A stretch of DNA of 64,000 nucleotides from Octopus vulgaris (lineage: Eukaryota): contig OX597831.1 in NCBI GenBank assembly GCA_951406725.2, positions 9,052,001 to 9,116,000 on the forward strand. The letters run 5' to 3'. A program made the position numbers and the translations under genes. This document shows, one piece after another, positions 26,622 to 40,015 of the stretch; within the stretch, counting starts at the first letter, position 1, and each line of letters starts with the position of its first letter. The notes beneath the pieces are model-generated. The model was not told where the DNA came from and did not search any database. It was given only the letters and a program-made list of their open reading frames with translations.

Positions 26622-26998
26622 AGGCGCAGGAGTGGCTGTGTGGTAAGTAGCTTGCTAACCAACTACATGGTTCCGGGTTCAGTCCCACTGCGTGGCATCT
26701 TGGGCAAGTGTCTTCTGCTATAGCCCCGGGCCGACCAATGCTTTGTGAGTAGATTTGGTAGACGGAAACTGAAAGAAACCTGTCGTATATATGTATATAT
26801 ATATATATATATGTTTGTGTGTCTGTGTTTGTCCCCCTAGCATTGCTTGACAACCGATGCTGGTGTGTTTACGTCCCCGTCACTTAGCGGTTCGGCAAAA
26901 GAGACCGATAGAATAAGTACTGGGCTTACAAAGAATAAGTCCCGGGGGCCAATTTGCTCGACTGGCCGCAGTCAAATGACTGAAACAAGTAAAAGAGT
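26622..26998 (+). mobile_element. CORE-like tRNA SINE family A, full length
   Basis: A-box GTGGCTGTGTGG, B-box GGTTCAGTCCC, CORE-like GTGGCATCTTGGGCAAGTGTCTT, an internal (TA/TG)n tract and tail ...GAAACAAGTAAAAGAG. Confidence 0.9.
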
Positions 26999-27184
26999 AT
27001 ATTGGAATATATTTCGTTAAAATATCCTCCTGGATCTGAAAAAGAAAATTACATTATTTAAATAATTTCTTCCTTGCAATATAAGCTACCAAACGCTTCT
27101 TCGTGATCTTTTCTTTGTTAATATTTGCCCAGAGTGCTGATTCCTGCTTCCCAATTAAAACTTGATAATTACGAAATAAGGCGT

Positions 27185-27320
27185 AGAAGGACAGCCGACG
27201 ACTGATGAAGGGTCGTCTTTTATGTTGCTTGTCTTGTTTTCCATTTGTTTCTCTCGCTCTTTGCGTACCCAACGTTATTTTCGTATTTCATGTTTACGTT
27301 TTGTGACGTCTTGTACCCCT
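27185..27320. repeat. Microsatellite-adjacent interspersed repeat, copy 2
   Basis: Homologous to 24140-24275. Confidence 0.7.
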
Positions 27321-27355
27321 ATATACATACCTATATACATATGTATGCATGTACA

Positions 27356-27408
<53 letters not shown>

Positions 27409-27440
27409 TTTATTTAAAAGCAGCAGAAATTCAACAAAAG

Positions 27441-27478
27441 CTGTTACTCGGAGTTTCACGTTCCCGTTCGTCGGAGAG
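27441..27478 (-). ncRNA. Minimal hammerhead motif with CCGACGA core
   Basis: CUCU CCGACGA ACG GGAA CGU GAAACUCCGAGUA ACAG, lying in a short segment flanked by (TA)n. Confidence 0.55.
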
Positions 27479-27649
27479 TTTTGTTAAAACAGACCGATAT
27501 GCCAATTCTATCAAGACTAGTATAAACGTTACACCTTTAAAAATGGATTTGTTTGATTGGTCCTTTCAAATAACGGTCATATGCGAGCGATAAACAAAAA
27601 TAAACAAAACAAATAAATGAGTCCAATATAAAATTATAAAAATCGAGGA

Positions 27650-27700
<51 letters not shown>

Positions 27701-29422
27701 AGGAAGAATCATTTCCCTTTCCTGTTATTTTGTTTATTTGATCTCCGCTAGATGAGTACAACCTCACTCGGTTTCTCTGTGCGCATGTCTGCGCCTCGGG
27801 CTGCTGTTTGTCCCTAAGGGTTCTTGATCAGTTGCGTGTCTTTATCTGGATGGTCCCAGTGTCTGATGACTTCATTTCTCTTCTCTGAAAGATTCAGCTT
27901 CTTGTAGCGGCATTGTTTTTCTCATTTTTTTTTAACCCCTCCTGTTGGTGTCTGTTTCTGTGCTGAGAATCTGGCTGACCAAGAAGAACCTGACCAGCCA
28001 GTTACGTTCTCCATTCATTTATGCTATTTTGGAATCTTCCTGGCTGTGTCCTTCAAAAGTCTTTCCTTTCCGATATGATCACAGTATTGAATTAATAGTC
28101 TCCTCCATCATATTTGATGAAAAGCATCAAATATGATTTGTGAAAGATTCCTCCATGTTTTACTTACAGACTGCGATAGCTAAGTAAAAGTGTCCTTTAT
28201 GTGTAGAATAAAATATTGCACATTCGTTGAAATATATTTGTCCCATTTGTGATTATGTATTTAACATCGATTTCAGAGAGTCTCCAACACAGCACCAAAA
28301 ATTGGTAAGACACCGAATGAAAATTCGAAATTAATTGTAGGGAAATGAAAATATAAAAAATGCTTACAATTTAGCCTAGCTTTCTACCATTTCTGTCGTT
28401 ATTTCAACATTTAATGCAGAAATATATTCGTTTCGAATAGAGAGGCAATATTTCAAATTTGTATACTTGATTAAAACTTGTGCAGCACTTAAAGGTTGAC
28501 GTTTTATCGATTCCGGACAGAAACTAAGTCGTAGTTTGACTAAAAAATCGTATGTCACGAAAGTGTGTGCCATAATACTTTTTGTTTTTCTATTTTCCGA
28601 ATTCACCCTTATGAGCATAAAATATGGACTAAGGACGGAATATGTAATTATTTTATGAACCATGGAAGTTGAATCGTAAAGTCAACTTCGTCGTATTTCC
28701 AACAGGCACTTGCAATGAAATAGCGATATTCATTCTGTTCCTATCACGAACGGTTCTGCTTATCAAAACTTGTTATGAAAATATACTGGTGTTTAATACA
28801 AAGCTTGAAATTTCAATGAAAAGCAATCACCTATGTCGACACTGGTACTTGACTTGTATTCTGTTTTAATAATTCCAAGAAGGTAAAAGAAAAAAAGTTT
28901 AGCTCAGTAAGTTTGAACATAAACACGTGAAACATGCCAGAAAAAATACTGCAAGATACTTAGTTCATTGGTCTAACGATTCGTCCAATCCATCGCTCTT
29001 AAAGACGAGAGATATAATAAAAATATTTATGTTATTGAAACAGAAGAAAGGATAATGTTAAGAATGATATTTATCAATTAATACTGGATATGTGTGAAAT
29101 AAATGACAAGTCTTACTTCAGAATTTGTATTACAAGAAATGCCTTCATAAAATTTAAATTGTTAATGTTCATTTAAATAATAATAGTATTCCAGCATAAT
29201 AGATATTTTTGCGAGAGTTCATTTATCATTTCTCAATTTCCGTTGCAGATATTAACCAAACTTTGAGAAATATACTAGTAGTTAATAGAATGTTTCCCCA
29301 CAGAATGGCAAATAAATGCATTATTAATGATTGCAATATAATGATTAACAAGAGTAATAAATGAGATAATAATTCAGATAAAGTTATAAATTTTAGACAT
29401 AATTAGATGGAAATGCAATTTT

Positions 29423-29481
<59 letters not shown>

Positions 29482-29773
29482 GTGTGTGTGTGTGTGCAAA
29501 TATGTATATATATATATGCATATAGTGTTACATACATATATACTTATAGAGTGTTTTATAAGATGTATTATTTATTATATAATTTATATTCTAATATAAT
29601 AAATTATTTTATAATTGTGCGCTGGTTTACAATTACAGAATTTGTGGTTTTAATACGTTGAGTTCTAATTCTAGAGGGGTAGACATTTCTTTCTATTCAG
29701 GCGGGGATTGATTAAGTGATTATTTTTCAAACCTGGACCCTGAGGTTGTTTGTTATAAAGAATAAACAAACGC

Positions 29774-30658
29774 CGATCTTTGTGGTTTTCTTTACTGTTT
29801 ACAATTATCTTTAATAAATTGTTTTCATGTCACATATAGATGTAATTCTTAACGCTGAATCCGAATCTGTTATTCATTTATTCCAGAATAATTTTGCAAA
29901 AATGTTACGGGTGTTCAAAGCTTGATAATTTTCAGAATTTTCAGCCAATCATAAAACAGCGCATTCGATGCCTCTTCTATCATCGGGGTGGGGTGGGAGC
30001 ATCGGCATGTCAAGACATTGCCAGAAATAATAATCAAAATATTAAAATATACACGATTTAAGCTAACATTAAAACATCCGCGAGTAAATTAAATATTTAA
30101 AAGCTATGAACAAACAAACCAACGGGAGGTGCTAGAAATAACAACCAAAACTTTGTTTAAAACATAGATTAGTTTTAAAAATTCAAGAACGAAAGTTTAC
30201 AATACACTTCAGGATTTTATAAAATAAACTTGCTGACCCCGTATACTCACACACACTTAAAGCGCTCCCATTGCCAGTTTGCCATCACCCCTTCCTTCCT
30301 TATTCATTTATCACGCCTTCCTTCTTTATTCATATGTTGCGACGGAGAAAAACACGGGAGTATTATTATAGTAGAAAATTATCTTTCTCGTATCTCCTTC
30401 TCCTCCTTGTGCGCATTCGCAGCAACTTTGGTTACTATGGAAATAGAGTTTATTGCCGCGGTAATGTGAAAAATACTCGCTTCTGATTGGTTAAAATACT
30501 CAAATTTTGAAACTCTCAAAGGCTAATAACTTTTAATTATGGATTTATAAGGAAAATGAATTTCATTTTCATAATTAGTATACAAAACTTAATCCATATA
30601 CGAAGTTTGAAAACATCTGGAACAAAATTGTAATCAACGAGGAAAACCACAATGATCG
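29774..30658. mobile_element. Old TIR-bounded non-autonomous DNA transposon
   Basis: CGATCTTTGTGGTTTTCTTTACTGTTTACAATT pairs with AATTGTAATCAACGAGGAAAACCACAATGATCG. Internal inverted AGCCAATCA / TGATTGGTT. Possible TSD CAAACGC / CAACCGC. Confidence 0.7.
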
Positions 30659-32416
30659 CAACCGCTGTGTTATATCTTCATGGAAATTCCATCTTTAATT
30701 TATGTGCATGCAGAGTGGGGATCAATTCTGGAACTTCGATCTGGTCCGACGGTCTACTTAGAACACTAACAAAATATCCATCAAATTGCATGCTACCATC
30801 TTAGGTAGACGAGAGACGGGTATTGCACAATATAGTTTAAGATATAAAAATATAGGGAAATTATTGACAGAGGACTAACTTTGATAAGTGGCTTTCTTAA
30901 TAAGGAGCTGCCTGACGCTAAAAATTCAAACATTTATCTTGACTGTTTTTAGTTTCCGAAAATAGAAAGGATATTGACATTCTGTGATTTATATATTCCC
31001 GATCCTGTGATACTTTTTGCTATTAAATAAAATTAAGGACAATTTACTGATGTCATTACTCGGAGATGATAGAAAGGAATCCATTCTTTTGGATGCGAAC
31101 GATGATCCTCCTTTCGGCGATGTGTGGTGTCTGAGTAAATAGACGTAGGTTTATCAGCTGGAAGACAAGAACTACAACAACAAAAATAGAATTTAACAGC
31201 AAAAACAAAGAGGAGGGAAGAGAAAAACTAGCAAAAAATACGAGTGAGATGAAATTTGTAGTTGGACTTGAAACGATAATGGTGGCCATGGAAATGTGGT
31301 TAAACCAAGTGGATTTGCGTTCAGTCTCACTGCGCAGCTTTTTGGACAAGTAATAATTCATCTCCGGTAATATCAGGTACCTAAAACTGGATGAGATTTT
31401 ACCCCAATCTCATTTAGTTATTTGTATAAATATGTGTGTTGTGTTGGTTTGTTTACATCCTTACTGTGACCTAGCGGTACGGCTTAAATGACCGATAGAA
31501 TACGTGCCAAGCTTAAAATTAGTACCGGGGTTGAAACCTTTCAAGACGGTGCCAGAGCATGGACATCATCCAATGACTGAAAGAATCCAAAAGTAAAGTA
31601 TAAAAGGCGAAAAGGTGAAAAAACAGTAAATTTCCAAAAAACTTCGTTTGTGGTTGTAAAACTTATATGAGAAATAGTCACCTTCTTCGAAGAAAAAATC
31701 ATAAATAAATCATTCGAGTTAAATAAAATAATTATTTATAAAATTGTCAATAGGATACATATTCCGTGATAATTTCAGCGTGATGTTCATTGCCAGTTAT
31801 CCTTTACGCACCACATTCATTTGCTATTAGTCTCTCTTAATAACTGAGATATAACAGCGACTTATCACATAGAAATGGTTTTGACATTTCCGGTCTAGTT
31901 GTGACGATATTGTTAAGGAGTGTAAACATTCTAGACCAATCGTGGTACCAAGTATTTATGGCGTCGTAATTCTACAAATCTTTAGAATCGAAAAATAAAC
32001 AGAGAAATAATTTGGTGATGCAACTTAACCAAACGGAACTACATTCGATGTAGAATCTCATCTTGGGATGTTAAGATAAAAAAAAAACAACAGAAAGAAA
32101 TCTGTTAGACATAAATAGATGAGAGCCGTGTATTTAGAATTTATTACTAATCTGAATCCCCCAAGAATCGATTTAGCAAATGTGGTGAAAAACCAATCCC
32201 AAGATTCGCCCACGGAGTAATATTGAATTATCTAGCGTGCAAAGATACATTAAAAGTAACAACTGAATCAGCTGAACTGAACAGAAAATATACAAAAAGA
32301 AATAGCAAAACAAAACAAAAAAGGAAAAAAGAGAAAAAGCCAGAATTACAACGAAGTATCATATAAACACTGGCCACAATGGAACAGAATATAAAGGCAA
32401 CAATAAATTCTACAAA

Positions 32417-32549
32417 TCTTTATATATAAAAGTAAGGTTGTGTGTCTGTCTCCTACGATTTAGATTCCTAACTACTCCCACATTTTGCGGTGCAGTTTAA
32501 CCAAAAGCGGGTATCTTATAGTCGTGATTCATATCGAGCCCTTCTGGCT
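32417..32549 (+). mobile_element. Helitron family 5' end (copy 3, truncated)
   Basis: A|TCTTTATATATAAAA...GAGCCCTTCTGGCT matches the reverse complement of 22737-22872. Confidence 0.85.
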
Positions 32550-32987
32550 TTACAATGTCGAGTAAAAAAATTTGGTAGATCGAACTGTGCAACATGTCCT
32601 AACCTATTGGAAGGATCAGAATTCTTCTTTAAAGAGGGACAGAAATTTAAGATCAAATCTAACTTTACCTGTGCCTCTGAAAACATAATTTATGTTATTA
32701 AATGCTCGGGCTGCCACCAAGACTACGTGGGTTCCACGGGACTATCACTCAGGCGCAGATGCACACTGCATCGACAACAGATTGCATTCCCAGAATATAG
32801 AATGATACCTTTTAGTGAGCACATTGAGAAATGCGCAAAGCAACTACTGCCACAATTTTTAATCTTCCCATTTTACCAATGTGCTTTCGGATCATCAACA
32901 CAAATGAGACTGAACAAGGAAACATTCTTCATTGAAAAGTACAAACCCAGACTCAACCATCCGAACATACTGACACAGAGAAATTAA
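32550..32987 (+). pseudogene. Penelope-like element GIY-YIG endonuclease domain (open frame, no RT)
   Basis: CATC...FTCASENIIYVIKCSGCHQDYVGST...LRRRCTLH...FSEH...RLNKETFFIEKYKPRLN shows the IIY/YVG motif, conserved R, E and N residues, and the PLE-type CxxC and His pattern. Confidence 0.9.
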
Positions 32988-33120
32988 CAAGGAAATGGGG
33001 AAAATTTTTAAGCGATTATCTCCCCTACACCGGAAAAAATCACTCACTACCTCCCCTTATTTAGAAATCTCCTGGAAATAAAAACAACGATAATTCCATG
33101 CAATATAAACATAACGTCAC

Positions 33121-33160
33121 AAGAAATTTGAAAAGCTACACGCGAAACCGGTAATTTCTT
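33121..33160 (+). ncRNA. Minimal hammerhead with U3-A8 core in the Penelope 3' region
   Basis: AAGAAAU UUGAAAA GC UACAC GC GAAACCGGUA AUUUCUU: perfect 7-bp stem I, palindromic stem III, GUA site, same strand as the GIY-YIG ORF. Confidence 0.75.
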
Positions 33161-33293
33161 TAAAAATTTTAAAATTATGTCATTTTAAGGAAAGGAAAAA
33201 AAATTTTCCAATATTCTCCAGACATTTTGACACAAATATATATATTTTTTAACATTTAAGCCTTCTGTCGTTTTTTACACTTTAACTATTTTC

Positions 33294-33367
<74 letters not shown>

Positions 33368-34346
33368 CTGTATACATATATCTGTATACATATATGTGAA
33401 TGTGTGTGCTGGTATGTGTGGGTATCACTTTGTTTGTACTCCCTGCTCGACACGCGGGATTGGTTTGTTTACATTCCTGTAATTTTAGCCGTTCGACGAA
33501 AGGGAAACGGTAGAATAAGTCGCAGATAAATAATACCTTAGAATTTTCAACAATATTTTATTTCATACCAAGGTCTTATCCTGTAGATGCTCCTACCACA
33601 TCACTTTCTATAAAAATTATAAATCATTTATTGTCATATGACACGATTCTTCACTTTACCTTCAACCTATTTCTTGAAACTTCCCGGATTCTATAGTAAA
33701 GATTGTTTGCCAAGTACTGTTGCTGAATATCTCACGTGGTGAGATTTTAAAATAGTAATTTTCTCGGATTCTGTTTTCAAATTTCTGAATATAAAAATAC
33801 CGTTTCATGTTGCTTTTTTCTAATTTCTAAAACTCGTAGTTATAACAATTTCTTTTTCTGCCCTATGTATTCTCTTGATTCGAAGTCTATTTTTACATCA
33901 CGTTATATTTCTGGATATAGAATTCAAATTTCAAAGCAGTTTTATATTTAATGCAGCTGTAAAACAAAGTTTTCTTTCCATTCCATATTTTAGGGCTGTA
34001 AACACATTATTTTATCGGAAAGGATCCAAACATTTCAGAACAATAAAACTGATAAATATATTCTGTATACTTGAAAGGTTATGTGAGATTAGTAGTGGAA
34101 TGGTAAATTAATGAAGAGACAACACAGCTGAGTAAAAGAGGATTAAAACTGTGGTCTTAGCGCGAGTTCTGAGAAGGATAACTGCATCCATTCTTGCCTC
34201 AGTCCTAAATCTCTTTCAGTTTCTTCAAAGGTGAGAGATGGAAAAATTAAATGCGACCTTTGTTGAACATACGTAACGAGCCAATGCAATTTGGTATACA
34301 GTAGTTGTATATATACACATATATTTATGTGTGTGTGTATATGTAT

Positions 34347-34404
<58 letters not shown>

Positions 34405-36018
34405 TATATATGTATGTATATTACTACTGTATACAACATTGAACATTTCTCAACTCATATATATATATATAAATGTATATATATGCGGGTGTGTTTTGTG
34501 TGTGTGTATATGCATATATATATAAATATATGAGAGAGAGAGAAGGAGAGGGAGAGAAAGAGAAGAAGAGAGTGAGAAAGAGAGGATGAAAGATCCATCA
34601 TACAAGCACATACATCAGTTCGTATGTTTGTATTAGGAAAATATTTACTAAGTTTCATAAGGATTGGGGTTAACGAATTCCGAATAGTTTGACGTTAATA
34701 GTAAGCATATCGGATAAACGCACACACACACACACACACAAGCACACACACACAAGCACATATATATAACCAAAACAACGATTTTTATGTAAACAACTCC
34801 GCCAAAATAAGAATTCATTGGCCTAATACAAGTATGTTAAATCAAATACTCATCAGCAAATCCCAAAAATATAATTAAAAATACCTGGTATCTTTAGGAA
34901 AGGTGAGACAAATAATGATATGGGGGTGGGGATCAGGTGTTAAGAAATTAAGTTCATGTTCATCGCTCAGTATTGTTCACCTGTGTTAGCATTAAATAAG
35001 GTGAAAAAGTTATTAAAGTTGTTATGACATAAGAATAAAGTTTGAACATTAGTTTGGTCAGGCATGGCTGTGTTGTTGTGAGGAGATCGTTTTGTAGCCA
35101 TGCGGGTTTGTGTTCAGTCCGACTGCGCGGCATTGTGAGAAGGTGTCTCCAGCTATTTCCCTGAGTCAACCAATGCCCTGTGAATGACCATTGTGAGGAA
35201 GATCTGGATTTGTAGGTAGCGTGTTGTCACCTCTTAATTAACGTCCCTTCCAGGTCGGTTCTGACCTGGAACGGTGGTACCTGTGAAGTTCCTATCTGCT
35301 ACTTGAATACTTGAATGGGTAGTAGAAGCTCTCGTTGTTGTTGACAAAGGCCGTGGAGAAGGCAGATCTCTTCTCGGAGAAAGATATTCTGACAAAATTT
35401 GTTGTCAAAATAGTACCAGTCATCTTGTAATGTTTGTCACCTAAACCTTCTATGGCGACCGAGAGATTGGTGAAAGTGTTGTACAACAATTTGTCGCGTA
35501 AAATCCCATGACGCACAAATATTTCACAGTCATTTCTTTTCTTCATCTGTTTTGTATTTCAAAAAGACCTATAATAATGGAGCCATGGCTACGTGTAGAG
35601 GCATATCCGAACGGATGCAACTATGAAAGTCAATCAGGACAATTTGGGGAAGAAGGTGCAATCAGGTCAGTTTACGTAAGAAGTGGAAAGTAGACCTAAT
35701 ACGCTGGATGGTATGGGCCAGTTTCTAGTCTTTTGAGGCACGTGACAGGAATTAGAAAGTGAATATGTTTCAAATGACGTCAGTGGCTACCATCATGTAT
35801 AAATATATAAATATATATATATATGTATATATATAATTAAAAATAAAATCACTTTAATGATTTTATCAAGTGGCTAGCGGGAAATAAAAATCTTATAGAA
35901 TAATGGAGAATTCAAGTGGGTTTAGAGCCATTTGGCGTCTATTTCTAGCGTGTTGGTGGGATTAATCCGCACCCTTTAATATAATTAATATAATTATTAA
36001 TGTAATTATAAATTAGTG

Positions 36019-36092
<74 letters not shown>

Positions 36093-36304
36093 TGTATATA
36101 TACATATTAGAGGGAAACCACTATGTGGACACCCTTATGCTAGAAATAGATCCGCTAAGAAATATTCTCAAGGAAAAATTTAGCAAAACAACCAAAACGT
36201 AATCGAGCAAGACAAAAGAAAAAGCAATAACAATATGGATTATTCACAGACATGTTAACTTTAAATATGTATGTATATATGTATGTGTGAGTGTATAACA
36301 TAAG

Positions 36305-36540
36305 TTCCGCTCTGCGACACCTTGTGCAAGTGTGTTCTACTGTAACCTTTGGCTGACCAAAACCTTGTGACTGGATCTGGCAGGCGGAAACCGAAAGAAA
36401 ACTGTCATATAAATAATACGACGGTCTTCTTTAAAATATGAAATGGAAATGTCTTGGGGTCGAGTTGTTCGACCAAAACCTTTCAAGGCAGTGGCCGGCC
36501 CAGTATGGCCGCAATCAAATGACTGAAACAAGTAAAAGAT
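36305..36540 (+). mobile_element. SINE family A, partial and decayed
   Basis: CORE-like ACCTTGTGCAAGTGTGTT and tail ATGGCCGCAATCAAATGACTGAAACAAGTAAAAG. Confidence 0.75.
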
Positions 36541-36587
<47 letters not shown>

Positions 36588-36589
36588 CG

Positions 36590-36770
36590 AGAAAGGGTTT
36601 TAATCAAAGAAATTTAAATTCTATTATTCTGTAAAATAATATTTAATTATTTTAAATGTACGCAAATGCATGAAAATAATTTTTAATTCCATCAAACATT
36701 ATAAAATAATATTTAATTTCATTCAATTTTAAAAAAGGTAAAATCGGACGGAACTTATGGGATGACCTGA
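36590..36770 (-). mobile_element. Solo 5' end of the mariner family at 38157-39430
   Basis: Closely matches 39248-39430 including the TIR, and is followed by TA. Confidence 0.9.
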
Positions 36771-37513
36771 TATATGTATGTGTGTGTATATATATGAATA
36801 TATATATATGTGTGTGTGTGTATGTGAGTGTGTGTCTGTGTGCATGTACACACACACACACATACATAGATACATATATATATATATTGAGAAGCTAATG
36901 AAAAGAGATGAAAGAGAGAGAGAGAGAGAGATGAATGTGCATAACGCGATGTACAGCATATAGCTTACTATCTTGTTGGATAATTCTCGTCTTCACCTAT
37001 CGTGGGCTGTTAGTAATATAAAATCTATTTTGGTTTAAACTCCCAGACATGGCAAAGCAGACGACGGACAGGGCAGGATTTCGAAAATGAAATAAAGATA
37101 AGCAAAACTAACGGACAGCAAGGAAAAAATGGACTTCCAAAATGCAGCACAATTAGACAGAAAAATATATTTCCAAATTTGGACTGAAGGTGAAACAAAA
37201 GAAAGAAACGGCAAACGTCGAGATATCTTCCTTTACGTCAAAGTAGAAACATGGAAAGTAAATGATAATGGAGACTGAAGATTATCGCAAAAATATCTTC
37301 AGGCAGTCTGAGATATCCAAAGTTTGTTTTGTTTCTTTGTATATTATTTACATACGCACATACACGCGCACACCGAGACACGCACACACCGACACACACA
37401 CACACACCGTCACACATACACACATACCTACACAGACACATACACAGACACGGACACTTATGTACATACCCATCTATATCAACATATATATATATATTTA
37501 TGCCCGTATATAA

Positions 37514-37634
<121 letters not shown>

Positions 37635-38156
37635 CATATATATTTACATACATACATACATACATATATATATATATATAGTTATGCCCATACAAACACA
37701 TACGCATATATCTAGATATATGGACATAAATGTATATACATATACATGTATATGTAGGTATAGGTGATGCATGGAATGTGTGTATGCTTGTGTGTTTGTT
37801 TATATGTTTTTTTATTCGCAGACATGTGTGGGTTGCCTATGCAGAAGTTGATCTAAAGTGCCACAAGTCGCAAATAGAGATAAATTAATTGAATTCTATA
37901 GAACAGTATCTGTAGCATATATGTACGTAAGCTCAGATGTATGTAAGTGTGTCGCTGTATACATGTGTGTGTGTGCGTGTGTGCATGCATTTATACATGT
38001 GTACATATATGAACGTTGGTCATAAGAAACAAGAGTAAATGTACTCAATACATATTGTTGAGTATAACTATATTCATATGTTTGAATTCCTTCATATTTT
38101 GTGCTCAGCTTGCTTAGATGAATGTATGAATTTGAAATATATGTTGGCATAAACGA

Positions 38157-39430
38157 TCAGGTCATCCCATAAGTTCTGTCCGAATTTTAAATAAAGAAAA
38201 CAAGTTATCAAATATTATATTTAATTGAAATTTAATCATCAATGTATTTTCCCTGATTATCTATGACTTCCTTCCATCTATCTACAAGCTTTTTAATCCC
38301 ATCAATGTTAAACTCTTTTCGTTTCAAAGTGAAGAACTCTGAAATGTCAGAAAAACCAGGAGTCTTGCGAAAGTTGTCCCCCAAATGATTCTGTAAACTA
38401 CGAAACAAATGGTAGTCTGAAGGAGCAAGGTCAGGAGAGTAAGGTGGATGAGAAATTGTTTCCCACCCAAGCTCTTCGATCTTCGGTGTTGTGATCTTTG
38501 CAATGTGGGGTCACGCATTGTCCTGATGAAACATCACTCCTTTTCGATTCACTAAAGCGGGTCTTTTTTTCTTCAAAGCTTGGTTCAAACGCTCTAATTG
38601 CTGACAGTAGACATGGGCATTGATTGTTGCATTAGGTGGTAACAATTCAAAATGAATTACTCCTTTGCAATCCCACCAGAAAGAGAGAGAGAGAGAAGAA
38701 CCTTTTTCGGTAGTGGTTGAGCTTTTTCCATTTTACCAAGCCACTATTTACGACGTTTAACATTTCGATAGAAGATCCATTTTTCGTCACCAGTCACAAG
38801 TCTATCCAAAAAATATGAAATGAGTTGGTGAGAATGGAGAGAAGAGCAGATGTCAACTTGGGATATGCGGTTGCTTTCGGACAAATCATGAGGCACCCAT
38901 TTTCCAAGTTTAGGAACCTTTCCAAGTTGTTGAAGATGACGATGAACAGTTGTATGGTTTGAACTAAGCTTTATTGTCAATTCTTCAACTGATAATGCAG
39001 AAGTTTCTTCAAGTAATGCCTCAAGAAGCTTATCATCAATCTCAACTAGACGTCCTGTTCGATCTTTATCTTCAAGGCTGAAATCTCCACTTCTGAAATT
39101 TGCAAACCATCTTCTGCAAGTTCTTTCATTCAAGCATTCATTCCCATAAACTGAGTGTATGTTTCGAGTCGCTTCGGTTGCAAAGTTACCTTTTTTGTAC
39201 TCATAAATCATTATGTGCCTCAAATGCTCTTTAGATACTTCCATATTAGAAAGGGTTTTAATCAAAGAAATTTTAATTCTATTATTCTGTAAAATAATAT
39301 TTATTTTATTTTAAATGTACACGAATGCATTAAAATAATTTTTAATTCCATTAGACATTCTAACATACTATTACATTTCATTCAATTTAAAAAAAAGGCA
39401 AAATCGGACAGAACTTATGGGATGACCTGA
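38157..39430 (-). mobile_element. Full-length (1274 bp) mariner with disrupted transposase
   Basis: TIRs TCAGGTCATCCCATAAGTTCTGTCCGA at both ends. ORF 38744-39265 has WVPHDL and VTGDEKW; a downstream frame has PPYSPDLAPSDYHLF; stop/frameshift near 38744. Confidence 0.95.
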
Positions 39431-39450
39431 TATATGTATGTGTATGTATA

Positions 39451-39610
39451 CGCAGGAGTGGCTGTGTGGTAAGTAGCTTGCTAACCAACCACATGGTTCC
39501 GTGTTCGGTCCCACTTCGTGGCATCTTGGGCAAGTGTCTTCTGCTATAGCCCCGGGCCGACCAATGCCTTGTGAGTGGATTTGGTAGACGGAAACTGAAA
39601 GAAGCCTGTC

Positions 39611-39687
<77 letters not shown>

Positions 39688-39905
39688 CGTGTGTGTGTGT
39701 TTGTGTGTCTGTGTTTGTCCCCCTAGCATTGACAACCGATGCTGGTGTGTTTACGTCCCCGTCACTTAGCGGTTCGGCAAAAAGAGACCGATAGAATAAG
39801 TACTGGGCTTACAAATAATAAGTCCTGGGGGTCGATTTGCTCGATTAAAAGGCGGTGCTCCAGCATGGCCGCAGTCAAATGACTGAAACAAGCAAAAGAA
39901 AAGAA
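39451..39905 (+). mobile_element. SINE family A, full length
   Basis: Near-identical to 26622-26998 with an expanded internal (TA)n. Confidence 0.9.
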
Positions 39906-39968
39906 CAAAAGAACAGAAAGATATGAATATTTATATCTGTGTATGTATGTGAGTGCGTGTGTGTGTAT

Positions 39969-40014
<46 letters not shown>

Positions 40015-40015
40015 G

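Noticed and set aside
28158-28190. Possible 12-nt minus-strand microexon (TTAG|CTATCGCAGTCT|GTAAGT)
   Set aside because: The signals form part of a short inverted repeat (TTTTACTTA/TAAGTAAAA) and such matches are expected by chance; no support without RNA data.
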